From Nemertoderma westbladi (taxonomy: Eukaryota; Animalia; Xenacoelomorpha), in assembly GCA_032718475.1 (NCBI GenBank), contig JAUCBJ010006608.1:1-64000 (forward strand): a stretch of DNA of 64,000 nucleotides. The letters are read 5' to 3'. Under the pieces are notes generated by a model. The model worked only from the letters and a program-made list of their open reading frames with translations. It searched no databases and was not told the DNA's origin. Shown in pieces: positions 1 through 12,604 of the stretch. Position 1 is the first letter of the stretch. Every line of letters starts with the position of its first letter. The translations under genes and the position numbers were made by a program.

Positions 1-2261
1 ACGGTCTTCGGCGAAGACAGGCAGCGGGACCCGACGGCGATCCTCACGCCGTTCGGATGGACGCTTAGCGGCCCAGTTAAAACTAAGATCCCATGCAGTG
101 TGACAGAGACATCAGGGTGCATGTTACCAGGCACCGCAGGCGCAGAGGACGAAGAGGAGAAACAGGAGATAGTAGATCCAGATAGGGAGGTGACAGTAAG
201 AAAGTGGGCAGAGGAGAGTAGGTTTCCCAGCAAGCATCGGTATGGAGATGGAGCGGAGCGGATGGCGAGGTGTCCGGAGGACAACACTCCGGGGGAGTGT
301 CCAGAGGAGTGTCCGGAAGAGACGCAGGTCCGGTTTGGAGGCATACCGACAAGGGGGAAGTCGAGAAGGAAGGCAGGATGGAAAGGGATAGGACTATTAT
401 TCTACCTTCTGTTTTGCCTGTTCTTTCACTTTCTATTCATTCTGCCGGCGGGAGACAACAAGGAGGGAGGTGGCATTTTGACGCCAGAGGGCGAGATAGT
501 TAAGAAGGGGGCGGAGAGACCCGATTTCAGAGTGGCAGAAGAGGGAGAACCAATTCCTGGTGAGATGGAATTGGCGAAGAGAGTGCGGCGAATTCTACAG
601 GACCTACAAGATCAGCAGTGGGAGAGTGCCTGTTGGAAGAATCGCCCTAGTTAAGAGGTTTAGTCGTCCAAAATTTTGGACTGAGGGGGGTGGGAATGAG
701 GGCGAGACGCCCTTCCCACAAGAAATTAATTATTTAATTAAAAATAAATAATAATAAATAATTAAATAATTAAAAATAATAGTTAGTAGAAGTAAGAAGT
801 AGTTCGAAGATAGGAGAGTAGAGTTAGAAGGCGGCGGGGTAAGGGAGTGTGGCATATTGTCATGCCACGAGTAGTAGTAGGGGGGTCGTGGGCACCGGAA
901 GCGCCACGTAGAAAGTAGCAGTGGTAGAGTGGTTGTGGGCACCGGAAGCGCCACGTAGAAAGTAGTAGCAGAGATTGGTTGTGGGCACCACGAGCGCCAC
1001 GTAGATAGAGGGTTTTAGTTAGAGTTAGTAGTAGAGTGGTTGTGGGCACCGTTAGCGCCACGTAGATGGAGGTAGAGTTAGTAAGAGGGTACGTAGTACC
1101 GGTTGTGGTTGTGGGCACCGTTAGCGCCACGTAGATGGAGATAGAGTTAGTAAGAGGGTACGTAGTACCGGTTGTGGTTGTGGGCACCGTTAGCGCCACG
1201 TAGATAGAGATAGAGTTAGTTGGAGGATTTTAGTCAGAGTTAGAAAAGAGTTAGTAGACTTAGCAGAAAGTTAGAGAGTTCTAGTTAGAGTTAGTAGAAA
1301 GTTAGAGGCTTTTAGTTAGAGCTAAAAGTAGTAAGAGTTAGCAGAGAGTAGAGTTAGTAGTTAGTAGAGTTAGATAGTTAGGGTTAGTAAGTTAGATAAG
1401 GTAGATAGTATGATAGCACAGGGGTAGCATTAGAGGTCAGGGCCTTAGAGAGTGGCAGAGATTAGAGAGGAAATAGTGAGAAGAGCTGTTGGCGAGAAGT
1501 TAAGAGTGCGATTCAGGCGTGGGGAGAGAGCGAGTTGAGTTAGAGAGCGAAGTTAGAATGGTGAGAGTGTTGGGGAAACAAAAATTGTGTGAGAGAAGCG
1601 CACGATCGGCCCGACACGAGACGCCAGAGGGTAGTGACATCATACCCATAGGGAGCGGCCTGGAAAGCCGACTCCAAAAGAAAAGATTTCCACCCCACAC
1701 CCGATGCTAGATCGGGATCCAGCGGGATTGTAACGCACTTTATGGTTTGATGCTATCTTCACCGGGAAGATGGCATGGGGGGGAGTGTTAGCGAATCAAT
1801 CCCGCCAATACTCCACAAAGTTAAGCCAATAAGCAATATTGGGGGACACGAGATTAGGTCCCAAACCAACTCGTGTCTCCCCAACAGAATGGGAAGGAGA
1901 AGCACACAATAAGGGTCAGGGGTTAGTATCCTGACAAGGGAGAGAATAGCTGGGGTGAACGGGAACACCTCAAAGGGCGCCAACAAGGGTAGCAACCAAT
2001 CAGAGGGGGGCTGGCACCGATTGAGTAGCAATAAGGCCACCGTGCGATATAACCAGTAAGCAGTAATCATATTACCTCAGTTATCTCAGTGTTACTGGTG
2101 GTACAGTAAGTTACAATTAGGGAAGTACCGGGATTTTAGTTACCGTCATCCCGTCAACCTGTGAACGTCAGTGTATAACATCAATCTATATCTATATCTA
2201 TATCACGTCTCAAGATCACAATATAACGAACAACAGTAACCTCAACTTACACTCTTTCACA
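1..2261 (+). mobile_element. Degenerate, internally deleted Bel/Pao-like LTR retrotransposon 3' part with probable LTR from about 697
   Basis: Frame 1 from base 1 reads DPTAILTPFGWTLSGPV (Bel/Pao protease-region P.A..T..GW...GP motif) and stays open to 654. A purine tract GAGGGGGGTGGGAA is followed by TG at 697. The 3' boundary is approximate. Confidence 0.5.
860..1230. repeat. Tandem repeat with core GTGGTTGTGGGCACC...GCGCCACGTAGA (about 45-69 bp units)
   Basis: About 6 visible copies, followed by a strand-biased AGAGTTAGT-rich tract to about 1560. Confidence 0.85.
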
Positions 2262-4494
2262 CGGCGGGGACGCGTGAACTAAAACAGGATAAATCGGGTT
2301 CATCTCCGGATTACTGTTATTTTACCGTCAGTTATTAATTGTAAATATTTGTTGATGGAAATATCGCTATTTGGATAATACGGATAAATCACCCAATTCC
2401 CAATTTTCTTGATAACACTACAGGTTAGAGAGACCGGCTATACATAACAATTGCGATTTATATTAATGTGGTGTGTATTGAATCCAATGTTATTTAACAG
2501 ACCCTACGTGAGTCAATTATTGCTCTCTTTATGTGTGATCAAATGTACTGACTGTCGGCAGAATAGTGTGTATGATTGTGATTGGTAACAAAGTATTTCC
2601 TAAAGAATACGTTTTATACTTTAATCATAGGCAGTATCGTTGCGTTTAGTATAAGTCTTAGTTCTGTTTAAATAGATAAAGCGCCACGTCCCAAAGGAAC
2701 TGTTAATATTTCCCGAAAGCCAATAATATCTGTCAGAGATTAATTATTAACGATCTATCGAATAATACATTAGGTATACACTGCAACCTTACACTGTAAT
2801 AATACAATTCAAGCATCCGAATTCAGTCTCCCGGGTGTAGATCCATCGGGTGAATGATCGCGCATGGGCTGACTTCGGCTAATGTTTTGCGTATTAGCAT
2901 AAAATATTGTCGTATGCTAAAGTGGTTTTAATTAACTAGAAGACATATAAATTTTGGCAGGTTAAACTGCTAAAGGTCTTCGAAAGCGCGAACAAAACTG
3001 CTCTTTTCAACAACCTAATAATATATTGCGGATATTTATGACTCTCTGTATAAAACAACCTTTTTATCAGTTTGTCGATTTTGTCTTTTTTCATCACTAA
3101 ATTCCCAACTACTATTTTATTTTTTTCTCAATTTCCATCAAACATATACCAAAATGTTCAGCAGCTTTAGGACTACTATCGTTGGTTTTGTAAAACATGG
3201 CCGTTTGGATCTTCTAGAACAGGTTTTGTAACTGCTACCCTTTGTCTATTACAAAATATTTGATTCCCAAAATATAGCCCGGAAATACTAAAACCCCCAT
3301 AAATTTTCCAAAAGCAATAATTTTGTGCTAAAATTTTCATAGAAGATAGCCTACATATCTAGGTCCATTTTGCCAAAGTCTCGGACCAAGAACTTCAATG
3401 CAGTACGACAGATCCTTAAACATGAGCTAATTTACATATAAATGCCTCAAAATTTATATATTTAAAAAAAAACCGAACTGCTCAAAAGTGCCATATTTTT
3501 CGAACAAACGGTTTATGAAGCATCTATACTCAGTTTTCATAGTACAGTATATAAAGAGATTTATATATATATATATATATTCCTTGTAGCCAAAACGTTT
3601 TTTATACAGAAAAAAATATATGCACATATATAGCAACTATACAAGTTTCCAAAACGTCTAACAAGAAAAATATTAATATTGACGAAATAAATATTGGAAC
3701 CTACTGTAAGTGACTACAATGTAGAAAAAAATGACTAAAATGTAGTAGTAGTTAATACTGAAGAATGGAATTACGGGGAGGTACACCATTTTGATCCAAA
3801 ATATTTTGAAATTAGTTTTATGATCGATTATAATGCACAATTAATTGGTGTTTCCCAGTCTAAAACAAATATTTAATTATTTTTTATTTATTTTTCACGT
3901 TATAACAATTTCCATTTAGGTACAGTATTTTAATGTCTACAATGCCAAAATTGTAAATTAAGTGAAAATTTTTACTGAAATTATTAAAATGTTGATTGAT
4001 TGATGTACGGAGACAGGGGGAGGGGGGGACTGGACGCAAATCCCATATTGGCGAATTAATATCCCCCTCAATGTTAAAATTGCAAATTAGGGAAAGGAGC
4101 AGGTTACAGTGGCACGTTATTTTAACCAAAACAATAAACAATATACAATAAAACAGGTTACAGTTTTATTTTTGAGAGTTATCAGCTTTTATTTGCGACG
4201 AATTAATTTATATTGCGTCCAGTCCCCCCCCCCCCCCCCCCCCCCCGGATGTACCACGAGGCATCATCATGTACTAGGCCTAATTATGATTAAGTGTGGC
4301 ATCATGTACTGTAGGCCCTATTAATAATGTAGTGTACAGATACAGTATTTCTATATTTCTCTACATTACTTCATTGGTTCCAAAATTTCTGCTTGATTCC
4401 GATCTCCATACTGCAGTATGGGGGGAGGGGGGGGGGGGGGGGGCAACCACTATTATTTATGATATTTTAAATGATTACAAAATTAAATGAGAGC

Positions 4495-5440
4495 ACTACT
4501 ACTAGGATCGGCATGCTGCATTGCAGCTGCATTTTTAAGATTGCTGTGCCGGCTCATCGACAAAATTGCACCGCCACAACTCCCTATCACCCATGACATT
4601 TGCTAGATCATCCGCATCTTAAAGTCCAGTGTCCTTTAAGATGCGTCTCAAGAAAGTCATGGGGTGTCCACCATGCTTATTCACTCCATGAGGCTGCCAA
4701 AGTACGAGATTAGGGACTGGCTGGTCCTCACGGCGAAAGCAATGTCCTGCAAAGCGGAGGCGATTTTGTTCTAGTGTCAAGCTTGGGGGAACCAATGAGA
4801 CACCTCCAATGTTATATAGTGTCTGGTTGGAGATGTGTGCATTGTACTAGACACAATGAACCCGACGTAGCATTCTTGTGAATGTGCCATCCAGAGATTT
4901 GGTGTCCTCAGCAGTTAGAGCCAAGCATGGACTCCCATATAGGAGTACTGGAACTACTGCTGCTCTAAATAATCGGACCTTAAGTTTCCGATTAATTCTC
5001 GGTGACTTCCAAATCCTGGAAAGCCTATTCAAGGCTGCCCATGCCTTTCCCTTACGTATTCGAAGGTCCACACCTGACTTCTGGATCCATGATCCCAGGT
5101 AACAGAAGTCGTCCACATGCTCAAGCATACCATCTTTTGAGCTTATGCTCATCCGATCAGAGACTTGCTGAGGACTTTCAAACTTAACTGTCAAAATTTT
5201 GGTCTTTCTGGAGTTAATAAAAAGACCAACACTAGAAGCAGCATGTTCTAATGAGCCGAGGAGCCGTTGGGCTCCCTCTAGTGATTCTGAGATTACTCCT
5301 AAGTCATCAGCAAAGTCTATATCAGTTACGTACTTGGCAGGATTTCCTTGACTTCTGGAGCCAGTAGGTGGAGTTATCATTATCATCATTATGATGATCT
5401 AAGGACATGCGTAGAACATAGTCAACACCAATTATGAACA
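4495..5440 (-). mobile_element. 5'-truncated RTE-like non-LTR retrotransposon (RT C-terminal half and 3' end)
   Basis: ORF 4847-5389 has DIDFADD, DDFCYLGS and AAVVPVLLYG. It ends in a (TAG)n tail at about 4495-4504 and is closely similar to 56470-57205. Confidence 0.85.
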
Positions 5441-5659
5441 AGAGCACAAATTGTTTCCAAAATTTATATTCAGTTAAAAATTAGGTACTGTACTACACAT
5501 GCATGGGGTGAGACACCGATCACATAGTTCACTCCTCGAAAATTTGTAACTATTGGTTCTGCAAACACTGAAGTAGGAACAAAGTTCGCAAGTTTAGGAA
5601 AGTGATTCGCTCGAAAAAATCGAATACGTTTCACAATAATGAGAATTGGAAAATTGGAA

Positions 5660-5875
5660 TCTAACGACCAAGATCATTGCTTAAATAAAACTCAAAACAA
5701 CCGCATTCAATTTTGATTTAAGTCACTCTAAATGAATTTCAGTTACTAATTAGTATATCTTACAATAATACATACATCACTTTGTGGCCCTGTAGTCTGT
5801 CCAAGCTTTGAAATAAAATTTACATAGAATTAAATAATATTTTTATAGAACGTGAACGTGAATTTATTATTATTG
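5660..5875. repeat. About 215-bp dispersed duplication (second copy about 8155-8370)
   Basis: GATCATTGCTTAAATAAAACTCA...GAATTTATTATTATTGGT recurs near 8160-8370. Confidence 0.8.
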
Positions 5876-5942
5876 GTGGCAAATATTAGATCTAAATATA
5901 TGTAGATACAAACCGAAAGGGTACACATCTTTTGTACATAAT

Positions 5943-6131
5943 GACATTTTTGTTGCTGGATCTAAATTAGAAATTGTTTCAAAATTCAAATATCTTGGAC
6001 ATATACTTCATGAAACTACTGACGACGATTTCGACATCGTCAATCAGCTACACAGCCTGTATCGCAGAGGCAATCTTCTCATCAGAAAATTATCTTTCTG
6101 TTCCATAACAGTAAAGACAATACTTTTCCGA
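5943..6131 (+). mobile_element. LINE reverse-transcriptase thumb fragment (CR1/L2-group-like)
   Basis: Translates as DIFVAGSKLEIVSKFKYLGHILHETTDDDFDIVNQLHSLYRRGNLLIRKLSFCSITVKTILFR (FKYLG primer-grip motif). Confidence 0.7.
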
Positions 6132-6254
6132 TTTTTCCGACTGTTTCTCCGACCTGTTTTTCCGACGATTTTTACTTTTCCGACTGAAATTACAATATTG
6201 ATATTCATCGTACTACTGTAGACATTAAATTACCTATTCCAGGTATTTATTTAG

Positions 6255-7200
6255 TAATAATAGCTAAGAGATACAGTACACACTTGGGATTTACAAATTG
6301 TGAAATGCCGTTCTGGTCACATTGTATATCTCTCAGTATGTTTTGCCTACAACTTGATACATAATTATTTAACTTGTAGCTAGAACGTTATTTTATGAAT
6401 AACATATGTAACATAAACGTCATTTTTACATTAAGTTTTAATCTTGGACGAAATATAAGCTTTAATCTATGGGGTAGGGACAAGATCTAAGCAGAAATCT
6501 ATGGGGTAATCTTAGACAAAACATAATCTGAAATCTAAAAAGTAATTTTGAACGAAATCTAACCTCTCGTATAACTTGAAATCTCGGCTTACATTTATTC
6601 TGAAATCTAAGACGAAAACCAAAGAGTAATCTTGGAATATAAGCCGGAATGAAGCCGACTGTTAAGAACCAACAGCGTAATGTATAGTAGTATATAGATA
6701 TTCACATACACTACATGATAACTTCACATAATAGTAGAGTAGTAATTAGTACAAGATACCACATACATCATCAACTTTATATCAGTAACGATATTTACAG
6801 AAATTATATTTTACAGTACAGTAAGTGTGCATTGTACTAGATAAACATTCATTGCCAGCTATTCACAGAATATTAATAGTAATAATAGCTAAGAGGTACG
6901 TACACTTTGAATAATAGTGAAAGTGCCGTTCTGGTCACATACATATATCTCTCAGTACGTTTTGCCTACCACCTTGATACATAATCATTAAACTTGTAGC
7001 TAGAACGTTATTTTATGAATAACATATGTAACATAAACGCCATTTCTACATTAAGTCAGTCTTAATCTTGGTCGAAATATAAACTGAAATCTATGGGGTA
7101 ATCTTAGACGAAATATAGCTGAAATCTAAAAAGTAATCTTGGACTAAATATTATCTTTCGTCCTACTTGAAATGTAAGACTGTAATATTGGCTTTGATTT
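6255..7200. repeat. Local duplication (about 6255-6600 versus 6875-7200) with AATCT-rich subrepeats
   Basis: TAATAATAGCTAAGAG...GCCGTTCTGGTCACAT...GTAGCTAGAACGTTATTTTATGAATAAC occurs twice. Confidence 0.75.
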
Positions 7201-7779
7201 AATTTAAATCTAAGCAGAAATTCAAACAGTCAGCTTAACTTCAGTAAAAATCCTCCAAATAATTATAATTTTGTTGTGCATACTGGACATTAGGTTACTC
7301 ATTCCAGGAATATAACTAGTAATTATAGCTAAGTGGATCACTTGGGATTGACAAATATAGTGAATTACCATTCTGGAATTATATGACCTGAAATATAGAT
7401 TTTAATCTTAGTCAAAAAAGCATTAATCTAGGGCGTACTATAAATCGTAATCTATAAAATAGCAATCTAAGGAAGGTGATGTCCAAGAAGTCTTACCAAA
7501 AATGTAATCAAACCTGTCATCACTACAGTGACCTCAATTCTAACTCGCACAAGATGTAAGTAAAGTACAAGCGCTGAATTACAACCTAGTGTAGACTCTA
7601 ATCCGTAATTCGATAAATATTTTAATATTTTTGAATGAATTCATTGGAAATATATGGCTTTTCAATAAACGACCTCAGTTAGGGTGTATCATATAACCGT
7701 TTTCCCCTTATCCTTTAGTATAACAGGAATCGGCGCAGGGTGTACAGCAATGCCTACTATGTACACATAAGTAATGATA

Positions 7780-8060
7780 TGTTATACAACTAGGGCGATA
7801 TCTCGTTGACAAGACCCAGCATCACCCTGCAGAACGCAGAGACGCAGTCTGAAGCTTGTTGGACACTGTATTCGCTGGAAGGACCAACCTGTCCGCAATC
7901 TCGTGCTGTGGCAACCTTCCTTCGAGAATAGGTGTGGTGGACAGCCAACGACTTTCCTCAAAGGCCTGCTTAAGGTCACCAAACTTGAGAATAGGGATGA
8001 ACTGGAAAACTATATAGCTGAATGTGAAATCTGGGGGCGCTATGTTGTTGGTTCCGACGG
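7780..8060 (-). mobile_element. Degenerate LINE 3' fragment (RTE-like)
   Basis: GC-richer island. Minus-strand translation ...SNKLQTASLRSAG*C resembles the RRLR.AGH motif of the RTE C-terminus. Confidence 0.4.
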
Positions 8061-9225
8061 CACTGCACCTTAGTTCAAACTGATCATCATCATTACTATA
8101 TATAATAAATTCACAAACCAAATTCATCTGTTTACACTGTTCCAAATTTCCGATCCAATAATCATTGCTTAAATAAAACACTCACAACAACCGCGTTCAA
8201 TTGTGTAATTAAGTCACTCTAAATGAAGTTCAGTTACTAATTAGTATATCTCAGAATAACACATAACTTGGTGAACTGTATAGTCTGTCAAAGGCTTGAA
8301 ATAGAATTTGCATAGAATTAAATAATATTTTTATTGAATATGAACATGAACATGAATTTATTATTATTGGTATGGCTGAATAAATGTAGTAATATTACTA
8401 TTAAAATTGGAAGTTAACCACCATGATGTTAGTTTTCGTAAAATATAAGGCAGATTATTATAAAATTTAGCTCTTTATTGTATACATTGGCATTACTTAA
8501 AAAATAATAACAGTGAAAAATATACTGTACTTGTACATAAACTATGTATTCTCTGAAACTGACGGGAAACCTACCTACAGGCTGACAGAAGCTCCTCAAA
8601 CATATTGTAATCCGTTATATGTTAAACCAAATTTTGGTGAAGACGTTTTGGCTACTTGATAACGTTTTGGCTACACGTAGCCAAAACGTTTAAAATCCCC
8701 CCCCCCCCCCCCAGGACACTTCCCCCCGGACAGCTCCCCCCGCTCAAGTAGGACACTTCCCCCCCGGACACTTCCCCCCCAGAAGACACCACCCCCCCCC
8801 CCCCGGACAGCGGACACTCCCCCCCCCCCGACTGTTCTTAATTTCGCACATTCGTATTTTTCCTTTTGTAAGGTAAACGGACCGCTTGTATCCAGACAAG
8901 TTGTATCCAATTTCCTTTCTTAGCTCAGAAAGTGATCTTTTGCATCCCGATTTTACATTTTATATCCAAGTTTTATATATGGGATTTATCAATACATTGT
9001 ATTGTTTGCTAATCTTTAAACAATTAATTATATGACATATAAATTCCATCCCCCGAATGATATACTGTTTTTATTAACTATAGAATTATAATAATTAATT
9101 GTTTGAATTATAGGTACAGTATTACTGTATTATGTAATAGTCTTCTTCAAATTGTAGCAGATGGGGATGAATATTATTGTTGCAATCAAAATTACACCTC
9201 TCCAGGGTAACTTTGCTAACTAACT

Positions 9226-9430
9226 CTCAGACTGACTTTGCAAACTGACTTTGCAGACTGAGTTTCAGACTGCATTTGCAGACTGACTTTGCAGACGGAC
9301 TTTGCAGACTGCATCTGCAGACTGACTTTGTAGACTGACTTTGCAGACTGTATTTGCAGACTGACTTTGCTGACTGACTTTGCAGAGTGAATTTACAGAC
9401 TGACTTTGCAGACTGAATTTGCAGACTGCA
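9226..9430. repeat. 13-bp minisatellite (GCAGACTGACTTT)n
   Basis: About 15 direct copies with variants. Confidence 0.9.
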
Positions 9431-11774
9431 CTTCGCATTTTCTATCATTAATCTAATGATTAGTTCGCAGTTCCGGATCGGAAACTCGCAGTTCCGGATC
9501 TCGGTCGGCACTCGTCTAGGGTGTAGGCTGACTGAGCCCCACAGCTGTGCCCGGTGTGGCAAGGATGTTCTGTCATATGATGGATGATCGTCCTAATGTT
9601 ATATTACCAATTTAAGGAAAGGAGCAGGTCAAAGTGGCACATTATTCTTACCAAAACAATAAACGAATGTCAATAGAAAGGTTACAATTTAATTTTTAGA
9701 AGAAATCAGCTGTTACTTGCCTCAACTTACCCCTGGACAGAGGTGAATTTGGATTGCATCAGAAGTCCCCCCTATCTGATGCTGTCTCAGTGGATAGCTA
9801 ACTAGCCTATCTCCCTGTTAATATTGTAGGGTTCTAGAATATTAATTATAGTTTCATCATATTGCATAATTTTTTCAGCTAGTTGGTAGTCAAAACACTA
9901 TGAAAATGTATATATCTATATTATTATTATAGCAACCGGGCCAACGGAATCGCCACCACATCACCCGGGCCACGTCGCACGGATTCCACCATCTGTTCTG
10001 CGCCACCAACACTCGCTTCCACACCATCCCTGCAGACTGTCTGTGCCGCCACTGCCTCAACCAATGTGGGGACCGCTACCACGCCCTTAACTGCGCCGCT
10101 TGTCCCAACCTCGTAGTTCTCGCCTCGACCATTAACTAAAGAAACTAATATTTATTTTATTTTATATCTATTTTATTGATAAAATAATATTATGATTTTA
10201 CCGAATTTCATTTACCCCGTTGGGGAGTGTATATTATTATATTATTATTATTATAATTATAGCTTTTTTATAATAAATATATCACTCAAACACCTTCTTT
10301 AGTGTTAACTAGCCTATCTCCCTTTTGCATTAAATCTTATCATCATATTATAGTTATTATTATTAAATTGTATTGTTTATGAATATACGAGACTCAGGAT
10401 CACACTACTTTGCCTTCCACCCGGTGAGTGCTAACTATAACCTGTCTGCAATTGATTCGGTTCAATTAGTGCGAGTGTATGTGTCCGCAATACTGCAATA
10501 TTATTCCCCAACTTGCAACTATAATACGTTCAATATCGCAATGTGTCCAGTACAAGTAAATTGTGCGCTTTACCATGCACTAGATCCAATGTAGCGTCCT
10601 ACTTGCAATATAAATAAGTCACACGTACACTTGTCCTCAGACAACATAACATAACGGAACAGTTTACACGTACATAGTGCATTATTCCCTTGAAGCAGTT
10701 TCTAGTGCCGAAACTTACACTCCCAAAGTAATTGATTATACATTCATATCGCACTCAAGCGTGGGAACGGGTTATGTTGCAGTAGTACAATTACTACTAC
10801 AATTATTACTACAATTACTACTGTAGTACAATTACAGTTATTTTTTTAATTCAATATAATAATTATTAATATTCAACATATACACAATTGTACAACCACC
10901 ACCAGCTGTATTTGACGGCTGCCTAGCAACCAGATTGCTATTTAAACAGTATGTACTGCTGTACTGTGTACTGCCTACCACTGCACTGCCATTCAGCCCG
11001 TTGGGTCCGAGTTTGCATTCGCCAGGAGAATGGACGCCTCCGCGATATTGCAGCGGACTGGGCGGCGAGAAGCTGATCTACAGCCACGCAAACAGAGCAG
11101 CGAATTACAGAACAATTACAGTTATAGTTAACGTTCCATATATGATTGAAACTCCTGAGTAATATATATAATCTTAAACCCAGTAACAGTGTGGACAGAG
11201 TGTTTGTGTTCTACTATTATTTATAATGTGCTAGATGGAGGGTGTAAAATCTTGAATCAATAAACAATAATTGATAAAAACCTAAATATGTCAGTCAATC
11301 ATTGATGAAATTAAATGTGGTCTGTCAAATAAAATAAAGATTCTGAAGTTCAATGGCGGTGTATTGTAAATACAAACAAGTAATAGGATTACAGCTTCTA
11401 AGCTTAACTGAGTCACGTGCTGCGCGAAGGCCCCGCGTGTTTGTAAGACAATAGTTTGTAAAGTTGGAGTTCCCTCAGACTGTACACACCAGTATGACAT
11501 GCTGCGTCTAGGTGGAGTTGGACTTCCTTCTCCGGGTGGCGGAGACTGAGGAAGATGATATTGCGACGATCCGCTGAGAAGTATCCAGGACTATTCGGGA
11601 CTTCTCCTGGAACAATCGGCAAAAAGTTGGCTCTCCGTCCCGTCCGCTATGGAGGAATCGGGATTCAGATCCCTTGATGCGGAAGTGTCATTCGGTCCTC
11701 CCAATCTGGAACTACTGGGGTTGTTGAGGCGCTGACAACCGGTAGTCCCCTCAATGTAGCCAGTCATGCTCCAT

Positions 11775-12604
11775 GTCTGGCCTCCAACTTGCCCGAGACT
11801 TGCCTCATCCAGGATGCCACATACAACGCGAGGATGGAGTCAGACATCCAATCCATCCCCACTGAAATGTATTGTATCTAACAATATGATCATGGTGGTA
11901 CAGCCCAATATTATTTTTCTTAATTTTTTTTTTCAATTCTAATCTTAATTTTCTTTACATCAGTTGGGTTCTGTAAACTCCTCTAGACAGATTTATATCA
12001 ACTCAGCTTTGCTATTATCCTCTTATTTTCTTTTTGCTACTGTCGTTTACTGAAACCAATATCCATATATTATTAGGCAACGGCTGGTATCCAATGAACC
12101 TTTTTATTAGGAGAGTTTGTGTTGGTCTATCAGTCCGTTACTTTATTTCATAAAATAGACCAATTATTTATTCATATAAACTGATCCCTTTATTAACATT
12201 GAGCTACTTTGCTTCCACTAAGCTTACAGCAGACAGTATCTAATGTATTTGTAGGTCTGTACTCCTTGAGTTATATAGGGTATGTTTGTGTCATTAAAGT
12301 CATTCCCAGAAGATTGTATTTTAGTTTGTGTAAAAAAATTATTTATCACAACTCTACAATGTCAAAGGCAACTCTCCTACTCTTAGCTATGGCAGCTTAT
12401 TTAGCTGTGGAGTGCAATGGAGACAACAACAAGGACTCCAACAAATTAGTTGAAAGAGACAATGTAAGTTTGTTCTTAAAGCAGATTTGTCATATGTTTA
12501 GCTTTACAACAATGTTTGTAAAACCACTCTCCTGGCCTCCCTCTATTTACCCCCTATTTGTCTCAGCCTACAACCCAGCCCTCTCTATATAAAGAAGAAT
12601 GTGT
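11775..12604 (+). repeat. Segmental duplication copy A (copy B about 31111-31967) carrying the 5' flank, signal-peptide exon and intron 1
   Basis: Long colinear similarity from TGTCTGGCCTCCAACTTG to CTCTATATAAAGAAGAATGT. Confidence 0.92.
12359..12463 (+). CDS. First coding exon of a secreted protein, copy A (MSKATLLLLAMAAYLAVECNGDNNKDSNKLVERDN)
   Basis: ATG, hydrophobic signal peptide and a GTAAGT donor at 12464 (phase 0). Conserved in copy B. Confidence 0.65.

Noticed and set aside
8640-8830. Palindromic ACGTTTTGGCTAC repeats with C-runs and a Gly-rich ORF
   Set aside because: Low-complexity MITE-like end. The ORF is an artefact of G/C homopolymers, which are common throughout the window.
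11500-11850. Non-LTR RT thumb-like remnant (PVRYGGIGIQIP)
   Set aside because: A single short motif in a stop-ridden frame, too degraded to classify.
12209-12592. 127-aa ORF (and the 111-aa ORF at 31617) as single-exon genes
   Set aside because: Non-ATG starts and read-through of a consensus GTAAGT donor. Only the internal signal-peptide exon is credible.
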